This document shows, in pieces, positions 39,356 to 49,400 of a DNA stretch of 64,000 nucleotides; position 1 is the stretch's first letter; every line of letters starts with the position of its first letter. Position numbers and translations under genes: made by a program. This DNA is from Treponemataceae bacterium. Its GTDB lineage: Bacteria; Spirochaetota; Spirochaetia; Treponematales; Rectinemataceae. The stretch is taken from the NCBI GenBank assembly GCA_963677895.2, contig CAXXGJ010000012.1, positions 67,443 to 131,442 on the forward strand. Reading direction: 5' to 3'. The notes under the pieces were generated by a model. It ran no database searches and was not told the DNA's origin. It saw only the letters and a program-made list of their open reading frames with translations.

Positions 39356-40504
39356 ATGAAGCGGGCTTTTCTGGCGGCGGCATGCGCCATGTTTTTTCTG
39401 GTAAACGCTTCCGCGCAAACCAGCCTTTCCGGCCTCTCCCCAAAAGACGCGCGCTCCATGGGTATGGGCGGATCCTTCGGGGTTTTCGCCACGGGATACC
39501 AGGCGTTTTTCGGCAATCCCGCGGGATTTTCGGGGCCAGGCACGCTCACCTTGGCCGATGTAGCCACCTGGGCATACCTGAAACCCACCCCCCTCAACAT
39601 CAGGGATCTTGTGAGAATAAGCCAACAGCAGCAGACGCAGGCCGAAACCGAGGCGACGCTTGGAAATCTCATAGCGGAGAACGGTTTCGGTGGCGGCGCC
39701 AGCATCGGCATGGGCTGGTCCGGCAAAGGCTTCGGACTCGGTTTCACCATGATTTCCGACACGTTGGCCACCGGCACTTCCTATTCCGATTCCCTTACAA
39801 CCGTGCGCAACCAGGCCAACGCCATTTTCGGCATGGCCTATCCTCTCGAGCTCGGCCCCTTCAAATTCAACTTTGGCGCCGATATCCGACTTTTCTACCG
39901 TCTCGATTCCACGGGCGACTGGCCGTTCTCCACGCTGACCTCGGCCATGCTGTTCGGCCAAGACTACGATAGCCTCGCGGCGCTGTCGGTGAACGGCGGC
40001 TACGGTCTAGCGGTGGACACCGGGGCGACGCTTAGCATTGGCCCCTTTTCGGCGGGCGTGATGATTCGCGACTATGGGTACAAATTCTATATGGAGAATT
40101 CCACGGTCGGCGACATCGCGGATACCTTCTCCGTGCCCATCGGCGGCAACGACGCCTATGCCCTTCTCCCCGTCTACACCGCAGGAATCGCCCTGAACAT
40201 CAAGAACGGAAGCCCCCTGGCTTCTTCCTTCTATATCGAAGCTGACGATCCGATGAACTTCATCACCGAAGCGCAGGCGGACTTCGAAGGCTCCCTGGAC
40301 TTGCTCCATGCCGGCGCCGAGCTGAAAATCCTCAACTTCATAGCCCTGCGCGCCGGATTCAACGAAGGCTTGCTGGCCTTTGGAGTGGGCCTCGATTTCG
40401 CCCTTATCGAACTCGACATAGCGGCATTCTCCGAAACGATACCCGGCGTGACCGGCGGATCGGGACGGAGCGGCGTCGCGCTTCAGGCGGCTGTCCGGTT
40501 CTGA
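39356..40504 (+). CDS. Putative outer-membrane beta-barrel, FadL/TraF/PorV-like (paralog 2)
   Basis: Colinear with 37976-39127: ARSMGMGG...FFGNPAGF, AD.ATWAY.KPT, HAGAE.K..NF.ALRAG.N, C-terminal AAVRF. Confidence 0.75.
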   Translation: MKRAFLAAACAMFFLVNASAQTSLSGLSPKDARSMGMGGSFGVFATGYQAFFGNPAGFSGPGTLTLADVATWAYLKPTPLNIRDLVRISQQQQTQAETEATLGNLIAENGFGGGASIGMGWSGKGFGLGFTMISDTLATGTSYSDSLTTVRNQANAIFGMAYPLELGPFKFNFGADIRLFYRLDSTGDWPFSTLTSAMLFGQDYDSLAALSVNGGYGLAVDTGATLSIGPFSAGVMIRDYGYKFYMENSTVGDIADTFSVPIGGNDAYALLPVYTAGIALNIKNGSPLASSFYIEADDPMNFITEAQADFEGSLDLLHAGAELKILNFIALRAGFNEGLLAFGVGLDFALIELDIAAFSETIPGVTGGSGRSGVALQAAVRF

Positions 40505-40537
40505 CCCTTCTTAAGCCGAAGTTCGCATAACGCCGAC

Positions 40538-40578
40538 GACGAGGGCGGCCCTTCCCAGGGCCGCCCTCGTCTATTTAT
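40538..40578 (+). terminator. Intrinsic terminator
   Basis: Perfect 15-bp stem GACGAGGGCGGCCCT/AGGGCCGCCCTCGTC with a 4-nt loop and T-rich tail. Confidence 0.8.
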
Positions 40579-40611
40579 GTGTAAAATGTACTAAAATTAT
40601 CCTCATTTTCC

Positions 40612-40639
40612 TTGACAACGAAGTTCCCCTACCTAGACT
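40612..40639 (+). promoter_or_regulatory. Sigma70 promoter for the 40698-43053 pair
   Basis: TTGACA, 16 bp, TAGACT, with an AT-rich stretch upstream. Confidence 0.55.
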
Positions 40640-40697
40640 TAACTATGAACGCGAATTGTTCCCAAATGTTGGTGCGTTGAAAAAGTGAGGAGGTAGT

Positions 40698-41567
40698 ATG
40701 AAAAAGCGGCTTCCATTGCTAGCCCTTGCGCTACTAATGTGCATTGGCAGCGCCGCGGCACAGACCGCGGATACGGAATTCGCCCTATTCAAGAGAAACA
40801 TCGCGCCAGTGATGCGATGGGGCGAGAATGGGATAATTACCGTTCCCAAAGCGACGACGCTTGGGAAGGGTAATTTCTTCTTTGGCGCCATGGGTCAGCC
40901 GGCCGGCACCCTTCAGGGGCTCGATCTTTACACGACGGCCCTCTCTACCATGGTCGGAACTTCCGACGATGTTGAGCTCGGGTATACCCGCCGACAGATA
41001 ATCTGGGAAGACCTGATGTTCAGCAACCTGTCGATGGACACCTTCCATCTGAAGGCTCGTTTCCTGAATTTCGGCGACTATCTGCTGCCGCAGGCAGCCA
41101 TAGGCGTAAATGCCGTTTCGCTCGTCGACAATACCTTCACCGATCGCAACGACATTCTCTTCAACCCATACCTTGCCGTCACCTCGACAATCCCGATCTT
41201 CACGAAAAAGATACTGTTCTCGGTCACGGCTGTCGGTGAGACCATCATGAACGAGAATGAGCTGGGCACCTTCCAGTTTTCTGGCGGCGCCGATCTCAAC
41301 CTCTTCAATTTCCTCTACGGTTTCGCCGAAATCCAAGGCTTCAATCCCAATAAAGACAGCAACGAAGTGCTCAATGTAGGAGTGAAGCTCCGTCTCGGAT
41401 TCCTTAGCGCAGGTATTGGAATGTTCAACATCGCGCTGGAGACAGGCGATAGCGGTAACCTTATAGACCAATACGCCTCTTCGCTTCTGGATCTGGCGAA
41501 CGCGAACTATATGGCGACAGTGGCGATCGACATACGTCTGGGCAAGAAAGCCCAGGCGGCAAAATAA
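40698..41567 (+). CDS. Secreted protein, probable beta-barrel (YjbH-like N-terminus)
   Basis: Signal peptide; G.NGIITVP.A.TL..G; amphipathic strands, e.g. NVGVKLRLGFLSAGIG; SD GAGGAGG. Confidence 0.6.
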   Translation: MKKRLPLLALALLMCIGSAAAQTADTEFALFKRNIAPVMRWGENGIITVPKATTLGKGNFFFGAMGQPAGTLQGLDLYTTALSTMVGTSDDVELGYTRRQIIWEDLMFSNLSMDTFHLKARFLNFGDYLLPQAAIGVNAVSLVDNTFTDRNDILFNPYLAVTSTIPIFTKKILFSVTAVGETIMNENELGTFQFSGGADLNLFNFLYGFAEIQGFNPNKDSNEVLNVGVKLRLGFLSAGIGMFNIALETGDSGNLIDQYASSLLDLANANYMATVAIDIRLGKKAQAAK

Positions 41568-41580
41568 GGAGGGGGATACC

Positions 41581-43053
41581 ATGAAAAAACACAGAATCCC
41601 CGCGCTTTTACTCGCGCTGTTCACGGTCCTCGCCCTCACATCCTGCGATTTCATCTCCGATTTCCTGAACAGCAGGATGAGAAGCATCGACCCCATCCAG
41701 GTTTTCAATTCCAGGATGGAGATCACGCGAAAACTCGTTCCCAACGATACTTTGTTTGTCGAGGTCCAGGGATTGGTTCCCGGACATATGTATGATGTCG
41801 AGTGTGTCGACGCAGGCGGCAATACAATTACCATGTTGACCGCCCAGGCTGACGAAAACGGCGTCATCGCGCCCAGTCCGCTCTGGTACGATATCGGTTT
41901 CGAGAACAAAGAGGTGGATACACCTACCGGTAAGCAATTCAAGCCCGTGCTGAATACTGAGGAACAGCTCGGCCTTCAGGCCTTCGATATCCAAGTCACC
42001 AGCAAGGATGCCGATGAAGACACAAGCTTTTCTCTCACCTTCTGGGTCGTCTTCAAGAGCGACATCGAGCGTCCTGAACCCATCGTCATGGCAGGAAAAC
42101 TCGATACGGTGAGTGGCGGATTCTATCTGGAAAACTCCTTCGCGGCTGGAAATGCGCTCAGGCTAAAAGTGGAACCATCGACCTTGAAGGAACCTCCGGC
42201 GCCCATCGATCCGCTCGCCGCGCTCGATGTCTACATCGTCCCCTACAGCGCGCAGCCCATAGCCGACGGTACTGCCATCGCCGACCTGCATCCTGTATAC
42301 GATGAGGCATTTACTGTTGCGCAACTTACGGCTCCAACTGGAGTGGTCTTCGGAGGCGATTGGGCGAATATCCCAGCCACCGCTGATTTCCAGGGCAAGG
42401 CCTTCAGCATCATCCTCGACGTGAACAACGACGGAATCTATAACGTCAAGAAGGAAGGCACCGAAGGCTTCTACCTCGACGGCGTCGACGGCAATGGCGT
42501 TGCGGGATTTATCGTGTTAGGTCCCGATATTCAAGTCGCAGACTTGATCCACTTGAATATCGCCTCGAACGGTCACTTCTCCTGGCAATCCACCGGCTAC
42601 GACTACGGCTATGCCGACACCTTCAAGCGCGACGGCTCCGACACGCAGTGGGGCTGGGACTGGCAGTATCAAGGCTATGGCGTCAAGGCTATCTGGAATC
42701 CCTACATCAACTGGGGATCGCCTCCTGCTCCTGCAACAGCCAGTTTCTACTATGGCACCTATGTCAGTCTTTATATAATTGACGCCAGCCACTCCTTAGC
42801 CGTTGGCACGACCCTTGACCCTACGGATGGTACTAGCAAAATGTTAGTTCCCGTTCAGAGCAGCTGCTACAACGGATGCGGACAGCAGACCATCTGGAGA
42901 ACGCCCCTCGGCGCCGAATATGTCGACAGGGACTACTGCATCTTCCTCGACATAGATAATGATGGTTTTGTCAGCAATGATGACATGATCGACGATCTGA
43001 ACCAGGCCGGAACGACCGGTACGAACGGAGCGGGATTCAGGATCATCGAGTAA
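41581..43053 (+). CDS. Hypothetical acidic beta-rich lipoprotein with putative Ca-binding loops
   Basis: Lipobox ALTSC; DVNNDG, DGVDGNG, DIDNDG; 13 bp after the upstream gene. Confidence 0.8.
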   Translation: MKKHRIPALLLALFTVLALTSCDFISDFLNSRMRSIDPIQVFNSRMEITRKLVPNDTLFVEVQGLVPGHMYDVECVDAGGNTITMLTAQADENGVIAPSPLWYDIGFENKEVDTPTGKQFKPVLNTEEQLGLQAFDIQVTSKDADEDTSFSLTFWVVFKSDIERPEPIVMAGKLDTVSGGFYLENSFAAGNALRLKVEPSTLKEPPAPIDPLAALDVYIVPYSAQPIADGTAIADLHPVYDEAFTVAQLTAPTGVVFGGDWANIPATADFQGKAFSIILDVNNDGIYNVKKEGTEGFYLDGVDGNGVAGFIVLGPDIQVADLIHLNIASNGHFSWQSTGYDYGYADTFKRDGSDTQWGWDWQYQGYGVKAIWNPYINWGSPPAPATASFYYGTYVSLYIIDASHSLAVGTTLDPTDGTSKMLVPVQSSCYNGCGQQTIWRTPLGAEYVDRDYCIFLDIDNDGFVSNDDMIDDLNQAGTTGTNGAGFRIIE

Positions 43054-43083
43054 TCGAACTGGATAGAAAAATTGATTCGAGTC

Positions 43084-43114
43084 AAGGCCGCCCCGAATGG
43101 GGCGGCCTTCTGTT
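43084..43114 (+). terminator. Intrinsic terminator
   Basis: AAGGCCGCCCC-GAAT-GGGGCGGCCTT followed by CTGTT. Confidence 0.75.
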
Positions 43115-43127
43115 GCCCTTTCCAGGG

Positions 43128-43156
43128 TTGACAGACCAACGCCTTTTGGGTACTGT
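43128..43156 (+). promoter_or_regulatory. Sigma70 promoter of tRNA-Lys
   Basis: TTGACA, 17 bp, TACTGT, ending 10 bp upstream of the tRNA. Confidence 0.7.
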
Positions 43157-43166
43157 GTTTCCTCGC

Positions 43167-43239
43167 GGGCCGCTAGCTCAGTTGGCAGAGCAACGCCCTT
43201 TTAAGGCGTGGGTCACGTGTTCGAATCACGTGCGGCTCA
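43167..43239 (+). tRNA. tRNA-Lys (anticodon TTT), CCA not encoded
   Basis: Acceptor GGGCCGC/GCGGCTC, D-arm GCTCAGTTGGCAGAGC, anticodon arm ACGCC-CTTTTAA-GGCGT, T-arm ACGTG-TTCGAAT-CACGT; 73 nt. Confidence 0.95.
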
Positions 43240-43271
43240 AAAAACTCCGGAGAAATCCGGAGTTTTTTTTT
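43240..43271 (+). terminator. Intrinsic (possibly bidirectional) terminator after the tRNA
   Basis: AAAAACTCCGGA-GAAA-TCCGGAGTTTTTTTTT. Confidence 0.88.
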
Positions 43272-43486
43272 GATCGACCGCAGATTATCGCCTCTTGCGT
43301 TTCCGGAAAATCCAATTAAAATAATTGAAAATCGCTGTAAATATTTGACATATGCCTTAACTTGCACGAAGGTCATAGTAATGCGTAATTGTGAAGAGAA
43401 AAAAAGTGATGGCAAAATTCCACGCCACATGTTTCTTCGATCACCCCGCTGAAAATAATCGTCATGTCGCCAGAGGAGGATGCTGT

Positions 43487-46400
43487 ATGAACCGTGCCCT
43501 CATGTTGGTCCATCCCAAGTTTTTTAGAAGATTCATGCTCTTTACGCTCGTCCTGTTTCTGGGCGCCGTATCGCCGGTATTCGGCCAGGTCAAAAGCGCC
43601 AGAGCCCGCGTCCTGGAACAGCCCGGCGACATAATGACGACGCGCAAGGCCAATTTTCAGCCCGGCGATATACTCAGCACCTCCTTGATCTCCATCAATA
43701 TCAAGAACGGAGATGGCGAGGCTTTCCTTCTCCTCAAGATGAAAATCCAGTTCGGCGGGGACTGGCGGGATGAATATGTCGAGGCGAGCTTTGTGAAAAA
43801 GCTTGCCACGAACGAATCCTTCACGTTTACCAATAAGGATCTGCTGAACTATCTCGGCAACATCCGTTCGAACGACTTTAAATACAGCGAAACGCTCATT
43901 TCAAAGACGGGTATAAGCGATGTCAGCCAGATAGCGAATATCGGCAATATCCGCATTCCAGAAGGCACTGTCTCGATCACCCTTACCGTATCGGAAATCA
44001 CCCTTTCGGACCCGAACGATATCAACTCCTCGTACACCGTTAAGACTCCTTGGATTACAGAGACCGACCCCAACGCCAAGGTCGAATTCAACGTCGTCAC
44101 GATCGGCAATCTCGAGGTTGTGAAGCTTCCAACCTTCGACAGCCTTACGCTCAGCTTCAAGGTTCCGGAAATCCCCGTCTACAACGACGCCAAGGGGACA
44201 TCGACCTCTTCGACAAAAGTCAAGATTACTGGGGCGAATGGGTACAGCTACACGATGGGAAAAGACCACTTGAAATCCACGGCCGGTTCCCTGAGCTTTA
44301 AAGGCTATCCCGGGGACCTTAAGGCAGACAGCGGAAAAGTAACCTATGATTTGAGCGGCGCGAGATTCCGCGCCGGCGAGACCTATTCGATGGATATGAG
44401 CTTCATCGACTGGAACGGCGATACCATCATCTCGCTCACGAAGAGCGTCACTTTCCCCACTCCTTCGCTTACGCAGAGCGCGACGATCAACAAGGACGAT
44501 CCCTTCCGGCCAACATTCTCGTGGAGTTTCAGGACGAACGATTACTCGTCCTGGGTGAAGGAATATCGCGTTTTTGTAAATGACCGCTATGTGGGAACGA
44601 CGAATGACACCTCGTATACCTTGACCGATCCCCTGACCCCCTCCTCGACCAATTCCTGGTATATCATGCCCTACAACAAGGATGGGACAGCGTTCTTCTC
44701 CTCGACATCGGGCATCCTGCAGACTCTTACGGCCAAGAGCCACACGGAGCTGGCCGTGATTACGAGCGCGCCGGAGAACAGATCGGTGTTCTTCAAGGGT
44801 GAAACCTACGATTTCAAGGGAGCGGCGACTTTCTACGACGGGGCCACCGAAAAAACCTCGACCTGGAAGATCGGCAACGACAGTAAAAGCGGACTCGAGA
44901 TCAGCTATGCTCCCCAGACTAGATATACGAACAATTCCCTTTCGGCGACGCTTTCCGTCACCGACAGCCTGGGGCTGACGAAGACTTCTCCGGCGCTCCA
45001 GCTTACCGTCCTCGATCCAGCCATAGCCATGCCGGGAGTCCCCGCGGTCACGGTCGACAAGGGGGCATCGATGACCTTCAGCCTGGACGGATCCAAGACA
45101 AGGGACCTGTCCACCTACGAATGGTTCGTCGGGGGATCCAGCGCGGGTACTGGGACTGGGCCGAAGAGCATCACCTTCAATGAGAAAGGAAAGTACGAAG
45201 TCTACGTTCAGGGAACAACGGTCGCGGACCTGAAGGGCGATACTAAAACCCTCCAATCCTCCAAGATAATCGTAACGGTGGCCGGTACGGCTCCTGTGGT
45301 TTCCATCTCCCAGCCGACTTCGGGCTCCGGGCTTATCCTGGGGAATACGGTAAGAGTAAAAGCTTCTATCGAGAGCGAAAACGTCCTAAAAAGCACTGCC
45401 TGGACAGTCTCCGGCCCTGACGCTTCCCAGACCGGCGCTACAGGTGCCGAACTGGCGTTCAAGCCTTTGAAGGTCGGGGAGTATACCTTGACCTGCGTGG
45501 CGGCTGATGAATTCCAGAAGAGTGGCCAGGCTCAGATACGCATTCTTGTGAGCGACCCCTCCATTACGATCGCCAAGCCTGCCCAGGGCGATGTCTATGC
45601 CCTTACCGCGACGCTCATTCCCAGCATAAGCGCGCCCAACGCCTCGCGTATCGCATGGTATATAGACGATACCGAGATTTCCGGCTCTTCCTATGCGCTT
45701 GCAAAAGGCGGCACCGGGGAGTTTACGCTCAAGGCGACGGGATTCTGGAGAACCGTGGATATAGACGGCAAAGATGCCGAATACAGCGAGAGCGTGTCGA
45801 CTACTTTCAAGGTAAAAGACCTGACTCCGCCGAGAGTAACCATTTCTTTCCCTGAAAACGCGATGGTACTAAAGGCAGGGGAGATCTACCGGTTCTATGG
45901 CACGGCGGAATCCGACTCCTCCATCGCCGGAACCTGGTGGGATGTCGATGGTACAAAACTGGCTACCGAATTCTACACCATTCCGGCGAACACGACCAAG
46001 AAATCGATGACCATCACCTTCTCGGCCAAGAATGATGATGGAATAGTCAACGCGAAATCCGTGACTCTGCGGATCGTAAACCCTTCCGTCTTCCTTTCGG
46101 CGCCTTCGATCGTACAGTACCCCGTGGGTGGGGCCATACCTATCAGCGCCACGGCTATCGACTCCACTATTTTCTGGCTCATCGACGATGTCGAAACCTC
46201 GACATGGAATAAGACTTTCGATCAGGCGGGCGTTCATACCGTTCAAGCCGGATGGAGAGTGACGGCGGTGGACGGTTCGAGGAGCACGAAGGAATATTCA
46301 GGTCTCTCGGACAAGGTCAGCTTTACCATCTACGACACCCAAATCCCTGTGATAAACAGCTTCTCGCCGGCGAGCCCGACCTTGAAGGAGCTTTTGGGAA

Positions 46401-49400
46401 CCAACATTACTTTTAGCCTTTCCGCGTCCAGTGATAATCCTCTTAAAGCCACCCAGTGGCGCATAACGAGTGGGCAGGGGGTTGTCCTCGAGTGGAGCGG
46501 GGCTTCCGTTTTCTACAGCTTCGGCGATCCGGGGCAATACGCTGTGCTCGCGTCGGCATCCGACACATTCGGCTACTCCGCTTCGGCGGAATGGACGGTC
46601 AAGATCATCAAGCCGAGCATTTCCGTAGAATTCGCGACAAGCGAAAGGACTTTTGGGTTGAACGCCGTTCCGACGCCCTCGGTGACGTCTCAGGACATCG
46701 CTTCCTATGCCTTCGTCCTCGATGGGCAGACGCTGCCCAAGGATTTCAACTGGAGCACCGTGAGCGTGGGCGTGCACCAGCTAAAAGCCATCGGTTACTA
46801 TTCGGTTTCCAGCCTGACAGGCTCGCAGGAAATCCAGAGTAATCCCGTCACTTTCGAAGTTGTGGATACCAGGCCGCCGACGTTTACTGTTGAAGGATTG
46901 ACCGACGGCGACAGGATTATCGCCGGACAACGATACACCTTCAGGATTGTCAGTTCCCAGAGCCCGCTTTTCGTGGAATGGCTTATGAACGGCTCCCTTG
47001 TCGATAATCCCGACGCGGCGACAAACCCGAAGGTCTACAGCTTCACGGCTGCCGCGGACAGCGCCGACCTGAATTTGACAGCCCGCGTGCGCGGCAGCTC
47101 TAAAGGCGTGGCAGCGGAAAAAACCGTCAAGGTCAAGGTCATAGCGCCTTCGATCAGGATTGTCCTGCCCGCCGCGATGTCGCGCAACAGTCTGTATCCG
47201 GCCCAGACGGCCCTGCCTTTGCAGGCCGAGACTTCGCAGGTGGATCGTGTGGCTTGGACGGTAGACAACCAGGCCAGCACTGGCCAGACGGTGAGCCTTA
47301 CCCCAGGCAATCACACGCTCGCGGTGAAGGGATTCGCCACAGGCGTCAGATTGTCCGGCGGATCATATGGCGAGTATGAAGTGACGCCCAGGGAATTCCC
47401 CAATGGCGTCACGATCACGGTGGCCGAACCCCTGACGCTCGCGACGCTTTCCGCCACTCCCGCGTCGATCTATTCTGGCGAGACGGTGAATGTAGCGGTA
47501 ACCACGGCGGGAAACGGTACCCTGCTCGACTCCTTTGTCTTCAGCGTGGACGGCAGCGTCCTCGCTCAGGGAAAGACGGCTTCGATAAGCATCCCTAATC
47601 TCTCCGTTGGAACGCACAAGATAAGCGCGAAAGTAACCGATCTCTTCGGGACAAGTTCCGGGAAAGACGTTGCCGTCACGGTCTACCAACCGCTCGGTTT
47701 GACGATTACGCAACCGGCGAACGGTTTTAGATTGGCTCCCGACTCCAACCTCTTTGTCGCGATGACTGCTTCGGGGCAGTATTCCAAGCTTTTCTGGACT
47801 ATCGACACGGCGCAGGTGCCCAATTCGGGCTTCACTTCAGGTTCTTTGGGCAAGCTCAAGCCAGGGATCCATACCATAGGTGTCAGCGCCACCGATTCGC
47901 TCAACAAGGTCGTCAGCGCCTCGGTAAGCGTTGAAGTCCAGAGCGATTTCCTGCTTAACATTCTGTACCCGTCTGGCAGCCTCGAGGCAATTTTGGGAAC
48001 GACGGTCGCCTGCGCCGCTGGCATCGAAAAAGTGGCTGGCGCCGATATTCCTCTCGCCGACGCGGCGGGATATATAACGTGGTACGTGAATGGCAGCCCG
48101 AAAGAAAAGGGCTTGTCCTATTCCTTCGTCGCCGATGCTTTGGGGAATCAAGTCATCCAAGCCAAATATGAAAAGGGCGCCATGATACGAGCGACAGCCG
48201 AACGAACTGTCATCGTCAGGGATATAGCCGAGCCTGCGATCTTGAAACCGGCTAATGGAGCCAGCCTGGTCTATGCCTTGGGCGATACGATAGAGCTCCA
48301 GGCGACGGGCGAACCCGGCGCTTCCTTTGTATGGAGCATCGATGGCGCGGCCGTGGCCTATGGCAGCCAAGGGGCTTTCGCTCCAAATGGGCTGACCGGA
48401 CAGAAGCAGTTGAGCCTGACCGCGAGCGCGTTCGGGAGGACCAAGGAGGCCTTGGCCACGGTGAATCTAGCGGTGGACGCTCCGCCCATTTTAACCTTGA
48501 CGGCGCCTCCTCTGCTGTTCACTGGTCAACGCCTTTCATGGACAGCCAGCGTTTTCGATGTGGAGGATCAGGAATCGCCCGCGATCGATATATACATGGA
48601 TGGGGTGCTCCAGGATAGCGCGAATCCGAAAATGCTGACCGCTGAGGATGTGGGGCAGCATGTGCTCTCCGCCAGAAGCAAGGATAAGCAAAACCTCATC
48701 GCTACGCGACAGGTCAGCATAAAGGTAGAACCCGGCGAATTGCCACTGGAGATTCAGTCTCCGCTTCCCGGCAAAGTCTATTATAGCGGCTTCAATATCC
48801 CCTTGATCGCTTCGGTCGATACGGGCGTCGCGGAATCGGCGGCTCAAGGTACCTTTACCTGGACCATACAATATCTGGACGATACGACAGCTCAGGAAGG
48901 AATCGCTTCGGGGCAATCCACCTCGATACGGCCTTCATCCCTTGGCGAGGTCGCCGTCACGCTTCGTTATATAGACGCGGCGGGAAGGGAACGCGGAAAA
49001 AAACAGATCAGCTTGCGCGTGGATCCCGAGCCTCTGCAGCTCAGCATAGAATGGCCCCACGGAGCGATGGTAAACGCGGGTACGGCCCTGAAACCCAAGT
49101 TGATAGGATTGCCCGCGGGCGCCGACGCGGGAACGGCAGTCTGGAGCTTGAACGGTCTGCCGGTGAGCGACATCAATGCCCTCGTTGCGCCGTCGGTTGC
49201 CGGACAGTACACTCTTGCCGCCGAGTATTTCGCCAACGGATCTCGTGATCGGGCGGAACTGCTCTTCTCGGTCAACGGGGCGCCTATTGTCAGAATCGAA
49301 ACGCCGGCATCGGGCCAGCGCTTCACTTTTGGCAGCGCTATCGTTCTTTCGGCGAAAATCGAAGATGACCAACCCTTTAATGGATCCATCACGTGGAAAA

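Noticed and set aside
37976..40504. TraF-like genes as evidence of a conjugative element or a T9SS
   Set aside because: No relaxase, VirB4, coupling protein or T9SS core genes in the window; the GMGG/NPAG motif is shared across FadL-type barrels.
43272..43486. c-di-GMP riboswitch upstream of the giant adhesin-like gene
   Set aside because: A GGCAAA is present, but I could not find the paired stems and GNRA/receptor pattern of a class I aptamer; an Rfam scan would settle it.
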